Shown: positions 24,107 through 35,448 of the stretch, in pieces
How positions within the stretch are numbered: position 1 is the first letter of the stretch
Layout of the letters: the number at the start of each line of letters is the position of its first letter
DNA from: Podarcis muralis
Taxonomy: Eukaryota
Length of the DNA: 64,000 bases
Assembly: GCF_964188315.1 (NCBI RefSeq)
Contig: NC_135655.1
Location: 40,238,001 to 40,302,000, forward strand
Reading direction: 5' to 3'
Made by a program: the position numbers and the translations under genes
Notes under the pieces: model-generated
What the model was told of the DNA's origin: nothing
Database searches by the model: none
What the model saw: only the letters and a program-made list of their open reading frames with translations

Positions 24107-24414
24107 GCCTGCCTGGGGCTGAATTAGTTTCCCTCAGTGCTGCCTCTGCTTGTTGGCGGGGTAGTCGGACTTGAGCCGCCTGCTTTCCCCCTCCTTCCTT
24201 TTTTGTAAAAATCGGGTTTGCAGACGCTGCTGCTGCTGCGGGCGTCCGGAGGAATTTCTGCCGCGGTGCTTTTCCGTCCTGCCCCGGGGGTTTGGCAGCG
24301 AGGAAGGGACGCGGCGGGGAGCTGGGGGGACCTGCTCGTGGGGACGAGGGGAGGGGGGTGAAGCAAGGAAGCCAGGAGGCCAGGCTTGAGGAGCTGCTGC
24401 TGCGGCAGCGGGAG

Positions 24415-24456
24415 ATGTGGGCTCCTGGTGCCGATGCGGCACAAGGACACGGCTAG
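24415..24456 (+). other. Candidate uORF1 (MWAPGADAAQGHG*)
   Basis: ATG at 24415 to TAG. Functional only if it lies within the transcribed leader. Confidence 0.3.
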
Positions 24457-24511
24457 GGAGCCTCGCTTGCAGCCGAGGCGCCGCCGCCGCCAGCCGCCCG
24501 GTTCCCGGTGA
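24434..24511 (+). other. Candidate uORF2 (MRHKDTAREPRLQPRRRRQPPGSR*)
   Basis: ATG at 24434 to TGA, overlapping uORF1. Functional only if it lies within the transcribed leader. Confidence 0.3.
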
Positions 24512-24719
24512 AAAAGACCAGAAAGAGCTTCGATTGCTGCCGCCGCCAAAGCAGAAATCAGTCCCAACTCTCGGCCGAACAGGATCCCTCCGTTTCCGTG
24601 CGAAGAAGAGGCGGGGAAGGCTGCTGTTGCTGCTGCTGCTTTCGGAGGGGGACCCACCTCAAGGATTGAGGCCATTCTGGCGGAAGGGTGTGCAGTGGGG
24701 GCATCGGTGGGGTTTAACA

Positions 24720-24797
24720 ATGGTGAGGTTTCTGGTGAGCTCCTGCTGCGCCCTGGCTGCGTCGGTGCTGCTCCATCCCCGGATCGGATCACGGTGA
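24720..24797 (+). other. Proximal uORF in the SPRED1 leader (MVRFLVSSCCALAASVLLHPRIGSR*)
   Basis: ACAATGG strong Kozak context, 25 codons, TGA ending 7 nt before the SPRED1 ATG, out of frame with it. Confidence 0.6.
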
Positions 24798-24804
24798 GGA
24801 AAAA

Positions 24805-24836
24805 ATGAGCGAAGAGACGGCGAATTCTAACAACGA
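24805..24836 (+). CDS. SPRED1: SPRED1 (Sprouty-related EVH1 domain protein 1), first coding exon only
   Basis: ATGAGCGAAGAGACGGCGAATTCTAACAACGA|GTAAGT gives MSEETANSNN(D/E), matching human MSEETATSDND. It has a 32-nt coding portion with a phase-2 donor, as I recall for human exon 1, and lies inside a CpG island. Confidence 0.88.
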
Positions 24837-26054
24837 GTAAGTTTCTCGGCTTTTCTTCGGGGCTGGGGGTCTCTTCGGCTTGGCGTTTCTCTCTCCCCAC
24901 CCGCCCCTACCGTTCATTGACTTGCTCTCTTCGGGCTCCTTACATAGCTGGCTCCGTACGGATAGGTTGATGTGTGTGTCTCTCTGCATATGTAAACACC
25001 CCCCACCCCCCCGAATCTGACTGTTTTGGTAATTTGGAAAAGTCATGGCAGACCCAGGATATGGTGAAAAAATTGCCTAGCTATGTGTGTTGAGGAATTG
25101 GACCCTCCGTCTCCCGCCCGCCACCCCCCTCGACCCTCAACTTCCAGTGGCCTACGTGCAACGTTTTGTGGGGGGGAAAGAAGTCTATTTTCGTTTGCAT
25201 GTTTCCTATAGAAAGTAGTGAGTGGGAGCTTCATCCCGAGGGAAACTGTTCCTGAATTTTAATTGGATGAGTCAGTGTAAATACAGTGTTAAACCTTTCC
25301 CCAAAGCTTTATATATACATTTTAACGAGCTGTTAGGATTCTTCGCCCTTCCCCCCCTTCTTTAAATGGGGAATAGAATGAAGGTATTTATATATATAAC
25401 GTGCAAGATATTAATATATTTAACATGCTTGGCTTGGATGAAATCTATTGGGGGCTTATGTTTTCTTTTTTTATATCTGTAGGGATGTAGCCTTCAAAAT
25501 TGCTATGAAATATATAATTTCTGAAACAGGGTAGTCATGTCAACAATCCTGAACTTTCCCATTTCTTCTAAAGAATGAAAAATGTTGACGCTGCCTGTGA
25601 CTCCTGCATCCTGCCCTGTCAATGGTTGTTCTTTTCTGCAAGAATGAGTTGCGAATTAGTCATTTTCTCAAACATACTTTGCAATAGTTGTGGCTCAATT
25701 ATAGTGCAAAAGCATCCTTCTGGCAGAATTATCACACGGTAATTATTTTTCCAGTGCCTGTAGCAAGTAATTTGAATTGTAGGAGGAAATACTGGTTTTT
25801 GGTGGAGAAGGGAACACTTGTCAGTTGCATACATTCCTCCATATAAAACCTTAATTCCTTAAGATGGATCGGTAAAGGAACAGGCTTCTGCTTCTGCTTC
25901 TGCTTTTTTAATGAATGGCTTTACTCTTAAGCCAGAATCACATAATATAACAAGGACAAATCCTGAACTGCAACAGGAACAAGTACAAAACATTGTATTG
26001 AGCTACTTGGTAAGATGAAGTGCTGCAGTGCCCGTGGAACCGAGAGGGAAGCGG

Positions 26055-26064
26055 CCGCCATATT
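26055..26064 (-). promoter_or_regulatory. YY1 consensus site in proximal intron 1
   Basis: CCGCCATATT matches CCGCCATNTT, in a small CpG-containing patch 1.2 kb downstream of exon 1. Motif match only. Confidence 0.4.
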
Positions 26065-29000
26065 TTCTTTTTTGTGAATCGCTCTAATTTGCATACCACA
26101 GTCTTCATTCATAAAAAATAATAATTAGACCTATGCCACCTTCGACATTCGACTGAACATGGCTTGCAAGAAATGGGAAATTTTCATGAAGGTAGAAAGA
26201 GCCTAGTATGTTCGAGGTTTAGGGTTTTCTGGATTTTCGTCTCGAAAAATACTGTTCTCTGCTTGTTGACACTGTTATGTGGGAAATATCGGCTCGGGGA
26301 AGTGCTGGGAGCACGTGATCCTCTCCATTCATAAAATACCTGGCTGGCCATTCACAGTGCAGTACACTGTGTCTACATGGATCCACTTTCACATTAGACC
26401 TGTTTTTCTAAAAGAAAGGCACAGATTTGTGTCAGGGTATCTGCAAAAGCACCACCTTGCTTGCCAGAATATGAAAAGAAGTGTGCTTTTAAAAGAAAAA
26501 AATCGAGGCCATAATCTGAGGACTGCTGTAATGTCACTAAGGGATCTTTGGGGTGGTAGAGGATAGAATCTTCTAGTAGCTAGCTTCCTTTTTTTAATGT
26601 GGCACATCAGAAACTGCCAGTATTTCTAAAACAATACAAGATTATGTGAAAGTGGCTTAAGACGTAAACACTGCTATAACTGAAGCAGCAGCAAAACGTT
26701 TCACCCTGTTTACTTGTGCAGTTTTGCGGACCTTGCTGGTTGATATTCACGCCGTAATCGGCCCCTGTATTTTAATTGAAGAAAAGTTAATAAGATTATT
26801 AATTAGATATTGCATTTTACAATAAAAGTGCTATTATGCAGTCAACTTTCATTAAGCATTTTAAAGCCAGTCAAATGTAAAATTATTGAAATACATTCTC
26901 AAGATTAGTCACAAAAGCTGTCTGAATGTGATTGCTGGGGAAGAGCCCTTTGTTAATGCATATATTTCTGTGTGCCACTTGGTGCATGCATTTCTGTGTC
27001 ACCCCATGATTCTGTGGCACTTTAGCATAAATATTTGAACAAAGACCAATTGATTATGCTTTTAGGACAACATAGAATATTTATTTAATTAAGAGAAAAT
27101 GTTTTCTTCAATAGTTAGGATGCAAAAACACCTTCAGAACATTTGATTATAACGTAAAATGTGTTTGTCAGTCTGAATTGTATTCTTCATCTCTTCGATT
27201 CGTCTTTTGTATCGCCATCATACAGGAATTTCATAACTGAAGAAAATGCTAGAACACATCTACATATTCATACCGATTTTTCCTTCCTTGTGTTCTCATC
27301 AGGCTCTCCAGTCACATTTTGAATTTCTCTTCTTGGAATCGAAGTGATCTTCTATGCTTTGCGTGGATTAGCTTAGGGTTCTTTAAAAGTTGATTTTATG
27401 AACTTGATATAGTGGAAAATACAGTACACAGCTGCGGCTGCTGCTGCCACAGTCATCCATGCTTAAATATGGCAACCAATAATTCTAGTTTGCATCGGTT
27501 CACAGTTTTCACTTTGAAAAGTTCCTTGCATTCTAATGAATTGTGTAGTATATTGTCCATGCTGAGTACAGTTAGTTAGGCCTTAACTGTGTTATGTGTG
27601 TCTGACTGTATATGCAAAAAGCAACTTGCAGTGTTCAGTATACAACCATTTATATTACAGGACCGTTGTTAATTGTATTTTTCTCTTTTGAAAGCAGTAC
27701 GTTGGTTAGATTTTGTTATTGCAGCTGCACAACTCAATTTTCCGGGAGTTTTTAACAACAAACCTCACCAGTTTGTGTGTTAGCCTGGTATGCTGTCAGA
27801 AAAAGTGTTTATGGTTTCACAGTACTATGCATTATATAAATCTTGTTTTCCTCATCTTTCTCTAGCATGTTTTGTTTTTAAGATACATATCTCCCAAGTC
27901 TTCTGCAGTCCTACTTTTTCCGTTGCTTGCTGGATGGGCCAAATTACTATGGCAAGTTGTATATTAGTGACTAATCACTTCATTAATTAGAAAGTAGTCT
28001 GATATCTGTTCACATGAAGTTGCAAGTAAATTTTGGATATTTTTGTTTCTAATGTGACTTGACACTGTGTTTTGTCATGTTCATTTGCATTTTAAAAGAA
28101 AGATACTAGGTTTCAGTTCAATAGGTCAGGGCTTTAAACTTTTTGAACATTGTCGAATTCCATTTTAGGGAAAGTAACTATATGCATGGGATTGCAGATC
28201 TGAAGTGTGCTTGATAAATTGATATGGGGCCTAACTGTAATGTATGTGTATATAGTTTTGTTCGGATCCCTTATTAAGCATGCCATTTCAAAGGGAGTCA
28301 CGCAGAAAATGCCATCTGAGTAAAATAAATAAATGGAGGTAATGATGGTTCCCTATATGCTAAAAGTAATATTCATGCAAACATTATGATACCAAAATAT
28401 TGCCTCTGTAGACTACTGCTTGAGAGAATGAAACTCTGGTTGTTTTCTTCCCCCAGTCATTCATGGAAACTGTTCAGAGGTTATTACTTGGTGCTTGAGC
28501 TTCTACCCTGGTTGCACCTGGTTCCAGGCCTTGGCCACTCTTGGATAGAAAGCAACTAGTGGACAGACAGACCCTGTCTAATGCAAACCTGAGGCTCTAA
28601 TGGAAAATCTAGCAATTCAGTGACTTGCAACCAGGAGTCCTTTTTGAATCCTGCTTATACAGTAGTTGATTTGGGACTAGTTTAGCTTTTACAAGCCATA
28701 TTCGCATGCCGTTGAATGCCCAGTAAGTTGTCTTCTTGCTATTATGTTCCAGTTTTTCTTGTAACAAAAATTAAAATGCATGTTGTACATTTCCGGGGGG
28801 GGGGGGGGGGGATTGTGATGCCACAGAAGCCCAGTGGCGCTTATATTCAAAGGCATACCCGTGATCGTCCTTTTCTTAAGACTGATTTAGTCTTTAAAAT
28901 CTACCATGCAAAAGCATTGATTCTCATTCAATATGGAGACATCCTTTAATGTCATATATGAAAATTACATTTATACAGAGAGAGAGAGAGATGCACAATG

Positions 29001-29739
29001 ACCTTTTGTTTGCATCATGTATAGAATGTGTGTGTCAGTGTTTGTGCTTACTAACAATAATATCTGCAAGAGGTTTTCATGATAGATAAAAATTCCTTAA
29101 TGAAATTATTTTAATTGTGTCCGTTGGATCTCTTTTATTGATGTACAGAAGGAGTTGTATGTTATTTTTACTGCAAGTAATGCAGGATGAGGAGCACAGT
29201 GGTTTGTCAAAAGAGCTTTTCCCAGTGAATAGCAAATGCAAAATTGCAAACAGAGGAATAATTCATTAGGAGAGGATAAGTGGGGATATGGTTTCTAGAG
29301 AAAAAGGACACAGAAAAATGAATTGTAGAAAGGGCTAAAAATTATCACTGCGTTGACTGAAAAAAGGCAAGATAGGCCACTGGATTTCAGTGAGGCTTAA
29401 GTGCACATAGTACTGTGCAGTATTGTGGTGATCTAGGGTGGAAGTGAACATTCTTAAATTGCAGATATAAGCAGATTGAAGCATTGCATGACTTTAAAGT
29501 AATTGTCCAGTTTTTGGAGTGTGTGCATGCTCTGTAGATGTTACCAGCTGCTGTTGCATTGCTTGCACCAGGTTGTGGAAGTGTCTGGAGATAGAAGGAA
29601 CTCAGACACCCAGTGGCCTACAAATTTGACGTGGACGCATAAGAACTCCGTTTTTTAAAAATAGCACTATATTCTAGGAGTGCCTATGGTTACTAAACAT
29701 CAGGCACTGACCAATAATCCAGTCTTGGTTCCCTACCAT

Positions 29740-30040
29740 ATAGGTGGTTAAATAAGTACACACATGAATCATTCAAAGCAGACCTTAGAAGGGTTTGGGG
29801 TGTGTGTGAAGGTGAAGAGGAATCCTTACACAATTTATTTGCCTTTCCCTCCACATCCCCATCCTTATGACTGTTTGGTTCCCATTTCCTGAGCAGATAC
29901 AATATTTTCCTCAAGTTGTTTCCCTGTAACCCATAAAATCTTTGTGGTGTGACAAATATGAGTGCTAGGATTTCCACAATAGCATTTAAATTACCGTTAA
30001 AGCTGCAGTCAGCAAACTTGCAAACGAGTAAGCTCTGTTC
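29740..30040 (+). mobile_element. Possible degenerate non-LTR retrotransposon C-terminus (zinc-knuckle-like)
   Basis: Plus frame reads GVCEGEEESLHNLF...ISTIAFKL with stops, similar in style to LINE CCHC tails. Confidence 0.35.
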
Positions 30041-30875
30041 AACATTGTGGAACTTAAGCCCAGCTTGGGCGCTCAGTTCCTCCATGTGAGAAGAATTGTG
30101 TGAGGAGAACAGGCATGTGCCATCTAGCCTTGCCCCCCCCCCCCATTGCATCCCCATGCCTGGCCCAGCTATTCTTGCATTGGGAGAGTGAGCTTCAAAA
30201 TTTGCCAGCCACCAGCCGCATTTTGCACTTGGGTGTCTGTCAATTGCCATCCAGTGAAGATGCCCAGGCACCCGGATGGCGTATCATGCCTGCACCATCT
30301 GGAGGTTCATGCCTGGGGATCCTTGGACCTTTCCTGTTTTTACACACTAACGACACAACCTGTAGAATTCTGTCTGTGATGTTTTATCTGCACAAATTTC
30401 AGGAACCAAAAAGTCGTATGGAAAAATGTGACTTATGAGCTATCTGGCCCCAAAATGGCAACTAGACATTCCATTTTGGCGATTGATACCATGGTTTAAG
30501 GAGCCGTTTGGCACCTAGCGTATGTGTTTCTAACACCGCCTTCTGTACCTGTTGAGGCTTCCTGTACCGTTTAGAACTGTGATTATGCAGAAGGATGCTA
30601 CGAGGACTTGGCAGCAAGAACAGGGCAATCTAACTTCCCCACTATCCTCTATACAATTCTAAATAGCCCAACATAAAATTCTTTCCGTTTGAATATGTGT
30701 AGGGTTTGCACTCCGAGCTGTCAATCTCATGGGGTGCTTTTAGGTTAGGGACAGTGACTGGCCCTACCTGTCTACCCAGGAGTGCTTAGCTTACAATGGG
30801 AGTGGGGAAAAGCCAAGTATGTTGCTTGGAGCTTCTTAGAGTAATCACAGGACAAAACGTAAGAAACAAATGTGT

Positions 30876-30877
30876 TT

Positions 30878-30928
<51 letters not shown>
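30876..30928. repeat. (TTTC)n microsatellite
   Basis: Direct reading. Confidence 0.95.
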
Positions 30929-30929
<1 letters not shown>

Positions 30930-31463
30930 ATTGCCGTCAATATAATATGTTGGACTAATAAAAGGACTAAAGATTTAAAATGTTTTGGGATTGGTTTGAA
31001 TAAACCAAAGTGTTAAAAAAATTTCTGGCCCATTAGGAGGAATTAAGGAAGTCCAGTTCAGTGGATATGTTAATCAGCTGATAGGGCAACAGCTAATGGT
31101 AATATTACCTGCATAGTACTTTCATTTGTACTTCCAATTTGTTGTTCATAGAATAAAAAAGTGTAGTTAAATAACTAAAAACCTTTCTGCTTTGGTTTAA
31201 ATAAAAATGTATACTAAAGCTACCAGTGGTACCATGATTTGGTGAATAAATGACTTGATGTTCCTTTCTTGCTTTTTTCTTTTTTTTTCTTTTTTTCTTT
31301 ATGAGTTTTTTCTTTTTCTTTTTCTTTATGAGTTAATGGTCTGTAAATATAAAGGCTGCATTTTGTGAGTTGGAATTTTTTATACTTATGTTGGACTATG
31401 TACACATTTTCAATTATTCTGCATCCAGATCCTTCCTGTGTCCTTTCTCTTTTTAAAGAAATA

Positions 31464-31675
31464 CAGAGGTACTTCTACTTATGTGCCCCTCTCGTTACGT
31501 ATCCTTCAGGATACACACGCGGCAAACCCGGAAGTATATTCCGGGTTTCGCCGCATGCACAGAAGCGCTCTATCACGCCGCACGTGTGTGCAGTACAGGC
31601 ACTTCAGGTTGTGGAAACCTTGGGATCCGACCGGAGCTCCAGAACGGATCCCGTCCACAACCGGAGGTACCACTG
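31464..31675. mobile_element. Tc1/mariner-type MITE (second subfamily)
   Basis: TA-cagaggtactt...ggaggtaccactg-TA. Inverted relative to 32470-32664. Confidence 0.85.
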
Positions 31676-32469
31676 TACTGCACTTGACGCCTTTCCCCCC
31701 CAAACCAGCTTTGATCCGAATGGAAAAGGGGGGGGGGGACTCGACCTAGCCTCATGTTAAACTGATAGTGTGTACATATAGATTAATTACGGAGTTAGTT
31801 TTTTATGACATTAATTAATTATGAAGTTAATTTTGGTTGCAGGCTTTTATATTTAAAGGAGGGCACTGACAAAAATATTAGCAGGATGGGAGCGAGTAAG
31901 ATTACAGTGTTGTCAATGTCAGGGTGCTTATGTTGTTGGCTTGTGTGCTTGCACTCTAAACCTGTCACTGATCAATATGATAGGCAGTATTCACAATTTA
32001 TTGGCCTTCTAATACTTCTTTAGCTGTGTAAGCAGGATTTCTGGAACCCTGTGCTAAAATTAATTTTCCATTTGGAAAGCAAATCTGTCAGTCTAGTATG
32101 CACTGCTCTGGTTTGTTTTTATTATTTTTATTAACGATGTTAGGTTGCATCATTCCTCAAATCACAATTTGTAAGAAGGCTTGGGCTCAAACATAGCACG
32201 AAACCTTATTTAGGTATTACATCTAAATCTAGCCCTATCTCATTTTATATAGCCAACTATAATATGGAGAGATCTACAGCATAATAGCTATTGCTGCAGT
32301 TGGTATGCTATGGCCCTTTGTGGATTCCCCGTACCTTTCCGATTACCACCACCCAATTTATTTGCAGGGTCAGTAGAAGTTGATGTTTGTGTTATGGCCG
32401 CTGGTGAAAACTGAGTGTGTGTGTATGTTGCAGATTAGTTTATGCCATCTTTAGGCTTCTTTGGAACTA

Positions 32470-32664
32470 CAGTGGTACCTCCGGTTGTGGACGGGATCCA
32501 TTCCGGAGCTCCAGTCGGATCCCGAGGTTTCCACAACCAGAGGGACCTCTTCTGCGCATGTGCGCGTGATGAAACCCGGGGGGGGGGGGAACACTTCCGG
32601 GTTTGCCACATTCGCATCCTGAAGGATACCCAACCGGAGGTGTGCGTATCCAGAGGTACCACTG
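32470..32664. mobile_element. Tc1/mariner-type MITE (second subfamily)
   Basis: TA-cagtggtacctccgg...cagaggtaccactg-TA. Confidence 0.9.
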
Positions 32665-32904
32665 TATTTGCAACTTGCAATTTCACTTCCTTTGCTGCTC
32701 TTGCCTTACGTACAGGAAACCTTGGTTTTGAGCGGGGGTTGCATTCTGAGCCATCATGCGTGTTGGCAGAGTGTGCATAAGCACACCCGTTACACCCCAT
32801 TCCCACTCTGCCCCCTGCCCCCGTTCTGCCCTTTTCCTGGTGTGAAAACAGCCTGTGCGTGCACAGGCGTGTTCTTTGAAAGCATGCAAAACAGGGGTAA
32901 ACAT

Positions 32905-33190
32905 CCTTAAGAACAAAAGATGAGCCTTGCGGGTTCAGGGCAAAGGCTCCTCTAGTCCAATATCCTGTTCTCACAGAGACCAACCAGATGCCTGTGGGAA
33001 GCCCACAAGATACAGCACTCTCCCTGCTTGTGATTTCCAGCACTGGTATTGAGAGGCACAAGGCTCCTGACAGTGGAGCTAGATGCTAGAACATACCCAC
33101 CACGGCTAACCAGTGATAGACTTACCTTTCATCAATTTGCCTATTCCTATCGTAAAGCTATCCAGTACAGTGACCATCACTGTATTTCAT
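32905..33190 (-). mobile_element. SINE with CR1-like 3' tail
   Basis: taagaacaaaagatgagcc...ctagtccaatatcctgttctcacag...aaccagatgcc. Related copies at ~39490 and ~60200. Confidence 0.65.
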
Positions 33191-35200
33191 AGCATACTGC
33201 GTGAAAAGGTGCTTAACTCTTGCAGGATTGTTCCCATTATTGATGAAATGATGCATCTTTAACTTGGTGGCTTTTAAGAGGGTAGGGGAACCAAAATATC
33301 AGATTAATGATTCTTTGAGTGCCTTCTCAATCTGATGTTTCGAGGGCGTGGAGGCAGAACAAGCCCTACTCAGTTAAGGACCACTCCCCCCCAACATCTT
33401 TCTTCTCCCTTCACTAATGTATTTACACTGTCAGGCAAAGACCCTTCTATTGTCCGAGGCCTTTTAATTCCATCTTAATCCTTTTAACATCCTTTTAATG
33501 TTGATATTAATATTGTAATCTTTAGGATTTGTTTTGTTTTGCTTTGCTTGTTTTTGGTGGCTGGGACATGTTTTATCCCCTTAGGTTATTTTAGCTTTCT
33601 TGTGACCAGGTTATACCCTTTTTCTCGTTTCGGCTTCTGTATTATATGCGTTTTAGTGTATATTTTGATTGTATTTTGTAGATGTTATGTTACTGAGCAC
33701 AGTTACGATAAGTTCTGTAGAAACTGAGAGGAACTCCGCGTACTTCACCCTTTAAAACAACCCCTGCACCGTTAGTGAGGTGAAATATATTAATAATTTG
33801 ACCTCTACTGCCCTTGCATCTGAATTTCATTTATAGGGGAAAGAGTGAGTCTTTAAAAGTTGAACATAACGCAAATTAGATTTTTTGCTTTGTATTGATT
33901 AAACTACACAAAATGAAAATTTATCATTTGTTACCTTACTATCAAGGCTTTGAACATCTATTTGGAAACTAAGCACACATACCTTTTTAGTGCTCTTGCA
34001 ATGTTGCTATGGTAATAGGAAAATGTCTGCATAGTTAACAAGCCAATGTCAGGTAATGGAGGCTTTGCAAAAATAAGTTCAGCTAAGCATTTGCCTGGGG
34101 CACTGAAAAACAAGTTGCCCATAAAAGCTGCTTACCAACGAAAACTATTTTAGATGGAATTGGATTTATACAGTCTGTGCAGTCCTCTGATATGCTAATT
34201 GATATTGCTGTGGTTGGAGAGTTTGCAGATGGCAAATAACTGAGGTAGGGGATTGCTGCGGAATAACTGCTTTTCCTCCTTTCTAAAAAAAACCCCCAAA
34301 CATGTTATGCAACAGGTAACGTGCTTTATTGCGAGATAGCAGCACACAGCACACACAGCCAGCTGTCAAAAGTAGTGTTGCAGTTACACTGTGTGCATGT
34401 GTTTGTGGCACATCTCACAATGTTTTTCATCTTGAGAACTATCAATTCACAAAATGTTTCATGCTTTATTTAATAAAATCTTTCCTCTTCCTCTCTCTTT
34501 GAAAATGGGTTCTCCATTTGCACCAGTGTTAAATATGTTTAAGGCTAGCTACGGTTCACTCTTAACCAAGATTTGGCATGCTGTCTGATTTCTCTGGAGA
34601 TCAGGCAGGGAAATTACCTCTAAAGTGGGAAAGAGGTGGAAGTAAGACACACAGTAATGTTCCTGATCTTTTCAGGAGCAGTTGAGAGAGACCCATACAT
34701 TAAAAATGCACTGCCTAATAGTTGTGGAACGGGATTGGATAATGGTTTGCTTTTTCACATGAGCTGGTACAGATTTTGCACTGATATTAGTGTGTGGAAA
34801 TGGGGGGGGGGGGTCAGTTCCCTGTCTTATGCATGAGAACGGTTGTGCACAAGATGCAGTCTTCCATGCCCAAATGACACACACACACTCACCCCGCTTT
34901 TAATGGAATTGCCCCAGTATTGGTGAGATGAATGAGACAATTTTTAAAGGAGTGAGCACTTGAACATTGAAATGGTTACAAAAATGCTAAATTTAGTAAT
35001 AGCAAGAGAATGTCTTTAAAGTATTTTTAAATCCTTTCCAATTTTAAGGCCTCAGCGGATTGCAGAATGTTAAAAATAGAAACTCTGAAAAGGTAACTGC
35101 CAAAACCCTTGTTCCTAATCGTTGCACTGTGTTTGTCCAGAGTCTTACTAAATTTCTGCAACTCCAGCAACATATTTCTGGCAACAAGAGCCCCCTAAGC

Positions 35201-35448
35201 CATGGGTAGGCAAACTAAGGCCTGAGGGCCGGATCCGGCCCAACCGCCTTCTAAATCCGACCCGCGGACGGTCCGGGAATCAGCGTGTTTTTACATGAGT
35301 AGAATGTGTCCTTTTATTTAAAATGCATCTCTGGGTTATTTGTGGGGCATAGGAATTCGTTCATTCCCCATCCCCCCCCCCCAAATATAGTCTGGCCCCC
35401 CATAAGATCTGAGGGACAGTGGACAGTGAAAAAGTTTGCTGACCCCTG
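35201..35448. mobile_element. hAT-type MITE (same family as 12660)
   Basis: Ends catgggtaggcaaact / agtttgctgacccctg. Perfect 8-bp TSD ccctaagc (35193-35200, 35449-35456). Confidence 0.92.

Larger units (their letters stand above)
22560..25160. promoter_or_regulatory. SPRED1: CpG island / promoter and 5' leader region of SPRED1
   Basis: Abrupt rise in GC and CpG density against a CpG-poor background, spanning the first coding exon. The TSS cannot be located from sequence alone. Confidence 0.88.

Noticed and set aside
22470-24442. Cluster of 70-200 aa ORFs on both strands in the CpG island
   Set aside because: Expected by-product of high GC and simple repeats. No protein homology recognised.
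24124-24900. 258-aa antisense ORF over SPRED1 exon 1, the longest ORF in the window
   Set aside because: GC-rich, low-complexity sequence depleted of stop codons. No recognisable domain.
29693-30271. 192-aa minus-strand ORF
   Set aside because: No recognisable homology. It spans a homopolymer and probable decayed repeats, and the plus strand looks more LINE-like.
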